A stretch of DNA of 64,000 nt from an uncultured Bacilli bacterium. Lineage in GTDB: Bacteria; Bacillota_I; Bacilli_A; RF39; UBA660. This document shows positions 9,650 to 18,208 of this stretch, in pieces. The notes beneath the pieces are model-generated. The model saw nothing but the letters and a program-made list of their open reading frames with translations, was not told the DNA's origin and ran no database searches. Positions within the stretch are counted from its first letter, which is position 1. Each line of letters starts with the position of its first letter. The DNA is taken from contig CAKOLW010000002.1 in NCBI GenBank assembly GCA_934096405.1, positions 16,754 through 80,753 on the forward strand, given 5' to 3'. Both the position numbers and the translations under genes were made by a program.

Positions 9650-9781
9650 CTACTTTCCACATTTTATTGGATTTACAAAGCCTTCAAATAAACCCATTGC
9701 GAATGATAAGGCAGCTCCAATAATGGACCATATTCCCCAAGAGGCTCCTCCATAAATTTCTATTAATTCATCTTTTTTCAT
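9650..9781 (-). CDS. Double-glycine-leader peptide 2 (class II bacteriocin-like precursor, 43 aa)
   Basis: Not in the ORF track. An RBS gaaaGGAGaaaaattt precedes the ATG. Sequence: MKKDELIEIYGG|ASWGIWSIIGAALSFAMGLFEGFVNPIKCGK. The start overlaps the exporter stop by 14 nt. Confidence 0.8.
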   Translation of the reverse strand: MKKDELIEIYGGASWGIWSIIGAALSFAMGLFEGFVNPIKCGK

Positions 9782-11819
9782 AAATTTTTCTCCTTTCTAT
9801 ATCATAATAACAATTAAATATATCTTGTATTTCCTTTTTATGTGATACATATATAATTGTTTTTTCTTTAAAATATTCACATAGATTTTTTATAATATCT
9901 TTTTCTATTTCTGTGTCAACCTCACTAAGTGCTTCATCAATAATTATGTAATTACTATTTTTTAGCAAAGCTCTCGCTAGTATAATTCTTTGTTTTTCAC
10001 CACCACTAATATTAAAACCATTTTCTTCAATTAATATATTTTCTTTGTCTTTAAAATGAGATAAATTACAAATATCAATTATTTTATTATATTTACTCTC
10101 ATCAATATTTCTATTTAAAATTATATTATTTTTAAAAGTATCTGAAAATATTTTTTCATTTTGTCCAATATAAGTAAACGAATTATTAATTATATTGTCT
10201 TCAATTTTACTGTAATCAGCGCCATTAATTACAACTTTACCATTATAATCTTTTAAATACTTTAACAAAATTTTTATAAGTGTTGATTTGCCACTTCCAC
10301 TTTTTCCTTTAAGTAAAAATTTGTCTCCACTTTTAATTTTAAAATTTATATTATTTAATATTAATTTATCTGAATAACTATACTGTAATTTTTTTATAAT
10401 AATATCACCACTAATTGTCTCATTAGTTTGTTTTGATTCTTTTGAAGAAAATATTGTATTTATTTTTTCTAGGTTTTTTAAATTATAATTCAATTCAATA
10501 TCTTTATTTAATATGGATTTAACCGTTTCTAGAAAATAACTATTTATCATATATAATAAAATTAAATCACTAATTTTAATTACTTTGTTTGTCACAAATA
10601 TTATTCCTAGAGTCATGAGTAAAAGTAATCCTATATCATTTATAAAGTCTTTAAAAAATTGTTGACTATTAAGACTATAATTCAAACTCCTATTAGAATC
10701 ACAATATGTTTTATGTGTTTTATTTATTTCTAATAATTTAAGACTTTTAATATTAAGATTTTTAATAGTTTCTACTCCTTCGATTATTTCATATAATTTA
10801 TTATTATAAAAACCCTTTTCTTCTTGTATTATTCTAATCTTTCTGTCAAATAAATTTCTATATAACTTGATAAAGAAATAATATAAAAATACTATTATCA
10901 GGGTGATTAAAGCTAATTTTAAATTAATAGTTATCATTATTATAAATGATATTATAATTATTAATATATTTATAGACATATTTAATATTATATCTGACAA
11001 AATATCTCTTAAATTATCTAAATCATTTAATCTACTTATAATTTCTCCAGAGGTTTTATTTTTGTAGTAAGCATAAGGAAGGTTAAATAGTTTACTTAGT
11101 ACTTCATTATTTATAAATAATTCAATATTATAATTTGTATTAATAATTAATTTATTTCTAAAATAATTAAATATATTTTTAATAATTATAAATAGACTAA
11201 ATAAGATAAGCAAACTTATAATATACTTTCTATTTACATTAGGTTTCTCTAAAATTATTTTATAATAATATGTACTAATTATACTGAATAAAAAAGTTAT
11301 TAAAGAGGTAATAAAAAGTAATAATAGATTCTTTTTATCTTTTAAAATTTTAACTAGTATTTCTTTAAAGATTTTGTTACTATTAGATTCTTTAGGTAAC
11401 TCTTTTATTTTTTCGAAGAATAAAAGTGTTCCTAAGTACTTTTTTTGAAAATCACTTATTTTAGTTTTTATAAAACCAATACATGGATCCATATATAGAA
11501 TTGTATTTCTATTTGTATCTATTTTATATATAACTACAAAGTGATATGCATTACCATTTTTTACATGTGCGATTAAAGGAAACTTATTTTTATATTTATG
11601 TATATTTTCGAGAGCAACTTTTTGTCCATAAGCATTAAATCCTATTTCTTTAGCACCTTTAATTATGTCATATGCATTCGTGCCATGTTTAGTGGTATTA
11701 ATTATTTCTTTAATATTTTCCATACTTATATTACCACCATAATATTTAATTATTGAAGATAAACTAGCTGCAGCGCAATCATTTTTATCTTCATTAAGCA
11801 CCATTAATTTTTTATTCAT
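9768..11819 (-). CDS. Bacteriocin/peptide ABC exporter with an N-terminal C39 peptidase domain (LagD/ComA/SunT family)
   Basis: C39 Cys in KNDCAAASLSSII and His in AYHFVVIYK. Six TM segments follow, then Walker A GKSGSGKST, the signature ISGGEKQR and Walker B IIIDEA. Confidence 0.9.
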   Translation of the reverse strand: MNKKLMVLNEDKNDCAAASLSSIIKYYGGNISMENIKEIINTTKHGTNAYDIIKGAKEIGFNAYGQKVALENIHKYKNKFPLIAHVKNGNAYHFVVIYKIDTNRNTILYMDPCIGFIKTKISDFQKKYLGTLLFFEKIKELPKESNSNKIFKEILVKILKDKKNLLLLFITSLITFLFSIISTYYYKIILEKPNVNRKYIISLLILFSLFIIIKNIFNYFRNKLIINTNYNIELFINNEVLSKLFNLPYAYYKNKTSGEIISRLNDLDNLRDILSDIILNMSINILIIIISFIIMITINLKLALITLIIVFLYYFFIKLYRNLFDRKIRIIQEEKGFYNNKLYEIIEGVETIKNLNIKSLKLLEINKTHKTYCDSNRSLNYSLNSQQFFKDFINDIGLLLLMTLGIIFVTNKVIKISDLILLYMINSYFLETVKSILNKDIELNYNLKNLEKINTIFSSKESKQTNETISGDIIIKKLQYSYSDKLILNNINFKIKSGDKFLLKGKSGSGKSTLIKILLKYLKDYNGKVVINGADYSKIEDNIINNSFTYIGQNEKIFSDTFKNNIILNRNIDESKYNKIIDICNLSHFKDKENILIEENGFNISGGEKQRIILARALLKNSNYIIIDEALSEVDTEIEKDIIKNLCEYFKEKTIIYVSHKKEIQDIFNCYYDIERRKIYEKR

Positions 11820-12052
11820 TATTTTTCCCTCCTATATACTTTATTAGACAAAAAATGGTCAATCGCTTTTATTTTCTTTTAATACATAAGATTTTACGTA
11901 CAAACAGTGTTAAAATTTAAACAATTTTAAATTTTGATATGTAAAGTTAGTGTTTTTGTATAAAAAATTATAAAATTAGAATAATAATATTTAGAAAATT
12001 TAAATAAAATAAGTAAAAATAAGAGAAAATATAACTTTTGTCTCATAAACAC

Positions 12053-12081
12053 TTGAAAATAATGAAAAAATATTGTATACT
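12053..12081 (+). promoter_or_regulatory. Promoter of tRNA-Arg (TTGAAA-N17-TATACT)
   Basis: Near-consensus hexamers with 17-nt spacing, about 20 nt upstream of the tRNA 5' end. Confidence 0.6.
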
Positions 12082-12100
12082 TTAGTAGTCGTTGAGAGCT

Positions 12101-12177
<77 letters not shown>

Positions 12178-12186
12178 TTAGAAATT

Positions 12187-12220
12187 AAAAGACTCTAGAT
12201 TTTGTCTAGAGTCTTTTTTT
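12187..12220 (+). terminator. Terminator after tRNA-Arg, probably bidirectional because it abuts the stop of the GerM-like gene
   Basis: Stem agactctaga/tctagagtct flanked by an A-run and a T7 run. Confidence 0.75.
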
Positions 12221-13154
12221 ATTTAAATTCACATATCTCTTTATCATCTACATAAAATACTACTTCACTTATATCTTCGTAGCTATCTATTATACTTTTT
12301 CCAATTGTATATACCACTTCTTCTAATATATTATCACTATAAATACTTTCAAATATCTTATCATTAAAAGTTAGTTTCATTACTTCCTCTTCTTTTTTAT
12401 ATTCTTTTAGCACTGCATCACTATTTAAATAACTACCTAAATTGCTTTGATATAAGATACTACTTTTAAGTTCATTAACAATCACAGTAACTTTTTCTTC
12501 TTTGTTGTTATCTATTTTTGTAACAGGTACATAATAGGTATTTCCTTCATTATTTGCTGTGTAATAAATAGTAGTTTTAGTAAGTCCATAAATGTTATTT
12601 ATATCGTAGTTTTTATTTATTCCAAAACTTCTATCTAAAACATCAGGTAATAATTTATTAGAATTAGGTAATCTATCTAGTTTTTGTCCCTCTACATTAA
12701 TTATAACTTTATTTACTTCTTTTTCACTAGTTAAAGTAAATATTATAGCTTCAATCATTTTTTCTTCCAGAGGACTACTTACTCCTAATAGTTCTTTAGA
12801 AAAATCTACAGTTACAGTTTTATCTTCTATTTTTAAAGAAAGTATTTTTGTATTTGCAGGAATTAAAGCTTTAAAATTTTTGGGAACTTTGTTTTTATAC
12901 TCACTATTATTTGTTATAATTAATAACTTTTCTTTTAATTTATTTTCTAGTTCTTCAGTGCCAATAGAAGAATCTACTTCACTTACATAACTATTTTTAT
13001 CTAATAAATATACAGTAACAAGCTTTTCTTCATCTACATAATTAATGCTTCTGTTAATTTTAATGTTTTTTGATGGAAAAACATAAAGTAAACCTATAAC
13101 AAAAAGAGCACTAGTTGTTACTAATATTTTTTTTAAACCCATTTTTTTTAACAT
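12219..13154 (-). CDS. GerM-like membrane-anchored protein with two GerMN-type domains
   Basis: An N-terminal TM segment is followed by repeated patterns (LVTVYLLDKNSYVSEV; TTIYYTANNEGNTYYVPVTKI) typical of GerMN domains. The likely start is ATG 13154 after AGGTGA; the track uses GTG 13163. Confidence 0.5.
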   Translation of the reverse strand: MLKKMGLKKILVTTSALFVIGLLYVFPSKNIKINRSINYVDEEKLVTVYLLDKNSYVSEVDSSIGTEELENKLKEKLLIITNNSEYKNKVPKNFKALIPANTKILSLKIEDKTVTVDFSKELLGVSSPLEEKMIEAIIFTLTSEKEVNKVIINVEGQKLDRLPNSNKLLPDVLDRSFGINKNYDINNIYGLTKTTIYYTANNEGNTYYVPVTKIDNNKEEKVTVIVNELKSSILYQSNLGSYLNSDAVLKEYKKEEEVMKLTFNDKIFESIYSDNILEEVVYTIGKSIIDSYEDISEVVFYVDDKEICEFK

Positions 13155-13205
13155 TGTCTTCACCTAAAAAATATTATGTATATATATAATAAAAAATGAC
13201 TACTA

Positions 13206-13421
13206 TTAGTCATTTTCTAGGTCAATTTCACCCATTTTTAATAATTCTACTACTGCTTGAGTTCTTCCTTTGACTTCTAATTTTTGCATAGCATTTGAAA
13301 TATGATTTCTTACAGTTTTTTCACTTATACCTAGTGTTTCTGCTATGTCTAAGGTACTATAATTTTTTACCAAAAGTAAGAAAACTTCTTTTTCTCTATC
13401 AGTTAATATACTCTTATTCAT
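13206..13421 (-). CDS. LuxR/GerE-family HTH transcriptional regulator (small, DNA-binding domain only)
   Basis: LTDREKEVFLLLVKNYSTLDIAETLGISEKTVRNHISNAMQKLEVKGRTQAV. ATG 13421 lies 5 nt after AAGGTGG. Confidence 0.8.
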   Translation of the reverse strand: MNKSILTDREKEVFLLLVKNYSTLDIAETLGISEKTVRNHISNAMQKLEVKGRTQAVVELLKMGEIDLEND

Positions 13422-13490
13422 AAACACCACCTTACTTAGTATTTTTTCTTACTAATTTATTTTATGTGTGTTTATAAAATAAGTGAATTA

Positions 13491-13979
13491 TTACTCAAAT
13501 TGAACGGTTATATACATTTTTTCTTTATATTCTTCTTGTATACTTCTCATTATGTTATTTGCAAGAGAGGCATCATGTTCTTTGGAATTTATAACAATTT
13601 TTATATTATCATTATTAATTTCAATATAGCTTTTAATTCCAAATTTATCTAGAATTTTATTTTCTAATTCACTTTCTTTAGTTGTATTTAAATTTAATAC
13701 TTTTAATTCTTCAAAAGCTTTGTTTTTTTCTTCTGTAGTTGAGTCAGCATTAGTTAATACTTTTTCTAATTTTTCAATTTCTAAACTAACTTGTTCATCT
13801 CTATTAGCACGCATCGCTATTAAAGTGTCATTTTCAGTTACATTTACTTCTATTTCTTTTTCTTTTTCTTCGCCTTTAACGTTGCTTTTAAGTAGTTCAT
13901 TGGGCATTGTAACATAATACACTCCTAGTACTAAAACTAAACTTAAAAGAGTTAAAAACCACATACTTTGTTTATTCAT
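13491..13979 (-). CDS. SpoIIIAH-like protein
   Basis: MNKQSMWFLTLLSLVLVLGVYYV resembles the B. subtilis SpoIIIAH N-terminus as I recall it. A coiled, acidic middle region follows. The gene lies downstream of efp, as the spoIIIA operon does in Bacillus. Confidence 0.5.
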   Translation of the reverse strand: MNKQSMWFLTLLSLVLVLGVYYVTMPNELLKSNVKGEEKEKEIEVNVTENDTLIAMRANRDEQVSLEIEKLEKVLTNADSTTEEKNKAFEELKVLNLNTTKESELENKILDKFGIKSYIEINNDNIKIVINSKEHDASLANNIMRSIQEEYKEKMYITVQFE

Positions 13980-14031
13980 CTTATAACCCTCCTAAGAATA
14001 TATATGACAAATAAACTATTTTATTCACTAC

Positions 14032-15138
14032 TTAATCTAATTTTAATGACTTACCTTTTTTTATTTCAAAGAATTCTGTCAAACCGTAGATATTCTTATT
14101 AAATTCATGAGAATAAAACATTTCTTGTGCTTCTTCTAATGTTATTTCTTTATTTATGTTAGTTATTTTTTCATTTGTAATAGTAACGTAATATAACTTA
14201 AATTTATTATCTAATTTTTTAATAATAAATCCTTTAGTGAAAAGTGTGTTGTCTCTTGACTGTATAAAGGTTTCTATATTAATTATTAGGTTTTTTGACA
14301 TAGTAAATTTTCCATTAATTCCAATTGATTTTTTAAAGTTATCTTTTATTAATTCATTTCTTCTGATTGACTCAGCTTGACGTTTTTCTATTTCTTCTTC
14401 TAATTCAGTTTCATCATCTATTTCCATATCATCTAATTCATCTTCTATATCAACAAAATAATTAGTTAGATCATTGTATTCAAATACTTCACCAAATATT
14501 ATTTCTTTTGAACAATATAATTTATCTAATGCTTTCATACATCCTAATTTTTTACATTTATTTAAGTATTCAACGTATTGTTTATAATTTAATCTGTATT
14601 TTCTACTATCTTGTATTGGTACATTAAAGAATTTTGAAAAGTCTTCATCTAATTCATTATCAAAACTTCCATTTATTAATTTATTGTTTTTATCATATTT
14701 AATTATTTCTCTTTTGTAGTCAAAGTAAAATCCTTCTCCATTTGTTTTAGATTTTCCTATTTTCCATATTGTTTGATCTGGAGTAAATTTTACTTCAGCA
14801 AGTGTATCATTAGATATTTTTTCTCCTGTTTCTTCCATTAACATTACAATATAATCTTCTTCATTTTCTTTCATAATACTAAATTCAACAATTTTAGAAG
14901 AATTTATATCTTCATATTCTATATTAATTAACATATCATCAAAGTCAATTTTATAAATTCGTTTACTTAGATTCTTAGTTTCTTTATAAATTTCTTTGCA
15001 TACATCAATTCTATAGTTATACATTTTGTTATTTGTTAGTTCAAAGAATTTAGATAGAACTGCTTTGTAGCTAGGATTATTCTTAATATTTAGATTTAAT
15101 TTATTCAATAATATACTGGTAATTTCTTTAAATTCCAT
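14032..15138 (-). CDS. Hypothetical cytoplasmic protein (368 aa, with an acidic central stretch)
   Basis: Long ORF with its own RBS (GAGGGGTGAaatcATG). I recognise no family. Confidence 0.7.
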   Translation of the reverse strand: MEFKEITSILLNKLNLNIKNNPSYKAVLSKFFELTNNKMYNYRIDVCKEIYKETKNLSKRIYKIDFDDMLINIEYEDINSSKIVEFSIMKENEEDYIVMLMEETGEKISNDTLAEVKFTPDQTIWKIGKSKTNGEGFYFDYKREIIKYDKNNKLINGSFDNELDEDFSKFFNVPIQDSRKYRLNYKQYVEYLNKCKKLGCMKALDKLYCSKEIIFGEVFEYNDLTNYFVDIEDELDDMEIDDETELEEEIEKRQAESIRRNELIKDNFKKSIGINGKFTMSKNLIINIETFIQSRDNTLFTKGFIIKKLDNKFKLYYVTITNEKITNINKEITLEEAQEMFYSHEFNKNIYGLTEFFEIKKGKSLKLD

Positions 15139-15185
15139 GATTTCACCCCTCATAATGGCTATTATTATAATACATTTTATTGCAG

Positions 15186-15213
15186 AAAAAAAGCATAAAT
15201 TTTAATTTTATGC
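15186..15213 (-). terminator. Terminator after efp
   Basis: The minus strand reads GCATAAAattaaaaTTTATGC followed by T7, overlapping the efp stop. Confidence 0.7.
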
Positions 15214-15765
15214 CCTTGATGAATATTTTCCATCACTAGTAGTTAGTATTATTTCTTCACCTTCACTAATGAATAAAGGTACTTTAACTGTATAACCTGT
15301 TTCAATAGTAGCATCTTTCATAGCGCCACTTGTTGTATTTCCTTTAACAGCTTGTTCAGTTTCTATAACTTTATAACTAACTTTTTCTGGTAAGTTAATT
15401 CCAATTACTTCTCCTTCATAACTTACTATTTCAACAACTAATCCTTCTTTTAAGAATTTAATATAGTCTTCTAACATACTTTTATTAATTTCTAATTGTT
15501 CATAAGTGTTATTATCCATAAATACATAAGTATCTCCAGAATTATATAAATAAGACAAGGCTTTCTTTTGAACATTGGCCTTTTCTAGTTTAATTCCAGC
15601 GTTGAAAGTAATTTCTTGTGTAGACATTGTTCTTAGGTTTTTTAACTTAGTTTTAACGAATGCACTACCTTTACCTGGTTTTACATGTTGGAACTCAACT
15701 ACTTGATATATATTACCTTCATAACTAATAGTCATTCCATTTTTAATATCATTTACATTAAACAT
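15208..15765 (-). CDS. efp: Translation elongation factor P
   Basis: 185 aa, with FQHVKPGKGSAFVKTKLKNL containing the conserved modified Lys loop. Confidence 0.95.
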   Translation of the reverse strand: MFNVNDIKNGMTISYEGNIYQVVEFQHVKPGKGSAFVKTKLKNLRTMSTQEITFNAGIKLEKANVQKKALSYLYNSGDTYVFMDNNTYEQLEINKSMLEDYIKFLKEGLVVEIVSYEGEVIGINLPEKVSYKVIETEQAVKGNTTSGAMKDATIETGYTVKVPLFISEGEEIILTTSDGKYSSRA

Positions 15766-15767
15766 TA

Positions 15768-15938
15768 TTAATCAGCCTTTCTTTCTTTATGAACTGTTGT
15801 TTTATTACATCTAGTACAATGTTTTTTGATTTCTAATTTACCTTCAGTATTCTTTTTGTTTTTACTAGTTAAGTAATTAATTTCTTTACAAACTGTACAT
15901 TGAAGTGCAACGCCTTCTCTATTTTCTTTTTTAGCCAT
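15768..15938 (-). CDS. rpmG: 50S ribosomal protein L33
   Basis: [42 protein letters not shown] carries a C4 zinc ribbon. The start is ATG 15938, 9 nt after GGAGG; the track start at 15965 is too long. Confidence 0.9.
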   Translation of the reverse strand: MAKKENREGVALQCTVCKEINYLTSKNKKNTEGKLEIKKHCTRCNKTTVHKERKAD

Positions 15939-15969
15939 TATATTCTGCCTCCTTTTTTTTAACAAGTAG

Positions 15970-15998
15970 ATTATAACAAATATTTTTGATGTTTACAA
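15970..15998 (-). promoter_or_regulatory. Promoter of the rpmG-efp operon (TTGTAA-N17-TATAAT)
   Basis: Consensus -10 hexamer, 17-nt spacer, about 30 nt upstream of the rpmG RBS. Confidence 0.6.
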
Positions 15999-16017
15999 GC
16001 AAATTAGTTTATTTTTA

Positions 16018-16103
16018 TTGATTTTAAGAAAATTTTATGGTATAAGTATAGATACAAGAGATGTAGTCCTGCTGACGTGACAGCGGGGGTGCATCTCTTT
16101 TTT
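16018..16103 (+). ncRNA. Candidate small RNA module, copy 1 (promoter plus a roughly 50-nt hairpin/terminator RNA)
   Basis: TTGATT-N17-TATAAG with an extended -10 TG. The RNA is then AGAGATGTA-GT-CCTGCTG-ACGTGA-CAGCGGG-GG-TGCATCTCT-T6. Its T-run overlaps the stop codon of the convergent 16102-16623 gene. Confidence 0.55.
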
Positions 16104-16623
16104 ATTTTCTTTTAAATACTTTATACATTTTATTTTTCTTTATTATTATTTTATTTACAAATAAAACATCAGGTCTTTTATATAATCTATTTAATTGATT
16201 AATTATTTCATTAAAATCAAGTTTAGACTTTGATAAATCTAATATAAAATTATTACTTTGTTTATTTTTTCCATACACTGCATGATATAACGCTTGATTA
16301 CTACTACTGGTTATTGTTTTTAAATCCCATTTTTCTTTATTCATCATATAATCTGGTGTTTTGATTTTTTTTGGATAATTTACTTTTGGCACTAATCTTA
16401 CTTCATAGCCAAATGTTTGACTTAACCAAAAAGCAATATTTAATTCGTCCCTACTATGGTCAATCTGTACATTTTTTCCATCTACAATATATATACTTTT
16501 ATCATGAACATAAAAATATTGTAACCTTACATTGAATATAATTTCATTATTTTTAAAATTAGCAGTAATATCAATATAATTTACAGTGTCTTGTAACACT
16601 TTATTCACAAATGTATTCTTCAC
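16102..16623 (-). CDS. Hypothetical protein with a PD-(D/E)xK-like motif. It resembles standalone nuclease/tRNase toxin domains of polymorphic-toxin or phage head-protein C-termini.
   Basis: 173 aa. The pattern ..GYEVRLVPKVNYPKKIKTPDYMMNKEKWDLKTITSSSNQALYHAVYGKNKQSNNFILDL fits hydrophobic strand - PD - x10 - D/E-L-K - conserved Q. The family assignment is from memory only. Confidence 0.6.
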   Translation of the reverse strand: MKNTFVNKVLQDTVNYIDITANFKNNEIIFNVRLQYFYVHDKSIYIVDGKNVQIDHSRDELNIAFWLSQTFGYEVRLVPKVNYPKKIKTPDYMMNKEKWDLKTITSSSNQALYHAVYGKNKQSNNFILDLSKSKLDFNEIINQLNRLYKRPDVLFVNKIIIKKNKMYKVFKRK

Positions 16624-16652
16624 CTCCAGTCCGTTAAAAATATAAAAAAATA

Positions 16653-16747
16653 TTGAATTTTAAACCTGATTGTGGTATAAATATAAGCACAAGGGTTGCC
16701 TTCGTGCTGACGTGACAGTGCGGACGCAACTCTTTTTATTTTTTTTT
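16653..16747 (+). ncRNA. Candidate small RNA module, copy 2
   Basis: TTGAAT-N17-TATAAA with TG. The hairpin is AGGGTTGC..CGTGCTG-ACGTGA-CAGTGCG..GCAACTCT followed by a T-run. The outer stem differs from copy 1 but remains complementary. Confidence 0.55.
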
Positions 16748-17257
16748 AAATACTTTATACATTTTATTTTTATTTATTATTATTTTATTTATGAATAAAA
16801 CATCGGGGCTTTTATATAATCTATTTAATTGATTAATTATTTCATTAAAATCAAGTTTAGACTTTGATAAATCCAATATAAAATTATTGCTTTGTTTATT
16901 TTTTCAATACACTGCATGATATAACGCTTGATTACTACTACTTGTTATTGTTTTTAAATCCCATTTTTCTCTATTAATGATGAAGTCAGGTGTATTAACA
17001 CCATAAGGAAAATTAACTTTAGGTACTAATATTACCTCATAACCAAATACCTGATTAATCCAATAAGCAATATTTAATTCTTCTCTAGAATAATCAAATT
17101 TGACATGCCTACCATCTACAATATATACACTTTTATCATGAACATAAAAATGTTGTAACCTTACATTGAATATAATTTCATTATTTTTAAAATTAGCGGT
17201 AATATCTATATAGTTGGCAGTGTCTTGTAACACTTTATTCACAAATGCATTCTTCAC
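16736..17257 (-). pseudogene. Tandem paralogue of the 16102-16623 gene, interrupted by a nonsense codon
   Basis: Collinear with the upstream copy. At 16904-16906 GGA (Gly) has become TGA (..ALYHAVY*KNKQSNNFILDL..). The remaining 3' part is nearly identical in DNA to copy 1. The ORF track shows only 16904..17311. Confidence 0.7.
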
Positions 17258-17342
17258 CTCCAGTCTGTTAAAAGATAAGCTTATATTAACATAATTAAGA
17301 AAGTATAACAAGCAAAATATTGAAAAAATACGAAAAAAACTA

Positions 17343-17432
17343 TTGAATTTTAAACTAAGTTATGGTATAAATATAGGTACAAGGGATGTAATCCTGCTGA
17401 AGTACCAGCGAGGTCACATCCCTTTTTATTTT
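17343..17432 (+). ncRNA. Candidate small RNA module, copy 3, directly upstream of the SDR gene
   Basis: TTGAAT-N17-TATAAA with TG. The hairpin is AGGGATGT-AAT-CCTGCTG-AAGTAC-CAGCGAGG-TC-ACATCCCT followed by T5. Confidence 0.55.
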
Positions 17433-17473
17433 TATTAATTTATGTTAAAATACTAATCGAGGTGAAATAAATT

Positions 17474-18208
17474 ATGAAAACAGTTTTAGTAACTGGATCT
17501 AGTAGTGGTCTTGGAAAAAGCATAATAGAAAAATATGCCAGTAATGGATATAATACAATAATTACCTATTTAACTCATGAAAATGAAGCATTAGAATTTA
17601 ATGAATATATAAAAAATAAATACAAAGTTAAAAGTATATGTGTTAAATTAGATATTAGTAAAGAAGATGATATACAAAATTTATATAAGTTGATACTTAA
17701 TGATTTTGGTAAAATTGATGTTTTAGTTAATAATGCTAGTATTTGTAATGATACTTTATTTGAAGATAAAACTAAAGATAACTTTATGAAAATAATTGAA
17801 GTAAATCTTGTTGGAACTTTTTTAATGAGTAAAACTTTTGGAAGACTTATGTATAACAATAAAAAAGGTTCAATTATCAATATAAGTAGTAATAATGGTA
17901 TTGATTCATATTATTCAGAATCACTGGACTACGATGCATCTAAAGCAGGCGTAATAAATTTAAGTCATAATTTAGCTAATGTTTTTTCTCCATATGTAAG
18001 GGTTAATACGGTATGTCCAGGATGGATTGAAACTCCTATGAATGAAAATATGAGTGATGAATTTAAAAATAAAGAAATCAATAAAATTTTACTTAAAAGG
18101 TTTGCTAATCCAGAAGAAATATCTAATTTAGTATATTTTTTATCTAGTGATGAAGCAAGTTATATAAATGATAGTGTTATTAAAATAGATGGTGGTAAAG
18201 TATGTTAA
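17474..18208 (+). CDS. Short-chain dehydrogenase/reductase (FabG-like)
   Basis: Motifs TGSSSGLGKS, NNAS and YDASKAG, with a 244-aa length. Confidence 0.88.
   Translation: MKTVLVTGSSSGLGKSIIEKYASNGYNTIITYLTHENEALEFNEYIKNKYKVKSICVKLDISKEDDIQNLYKLILNDFGKIDVLVNNASICNDTLFEDKTKDNFMKIIEVNLVGTFLMSKTFGRLMYNNKKGSIINISSNNGIDSYYSESLDYDASKAGVINLSHNLANVFSPYVRVNTVCPGWIETPMNENMSDEFKNKEINKILLKRFANPEEISNLVYFLSSDEASYINDSVIKIDGGKVC

Noticed and set aside
16904-16906. Whether TGA is read as Trp (genetic code 4, Mollicutes-like), which would make the second toxin-domain copy intact.
   Set aside because: The homologous codon in copy 1 is GGA (Gly), not TGG. Elsewhere TGA serves as a sensible stop (for example the C39 exporter and the 912-aa protein). 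Long conserved proteins (RpoB, RpoC, PknB) are uninterrupted under code 11 and use TGG for Trp.
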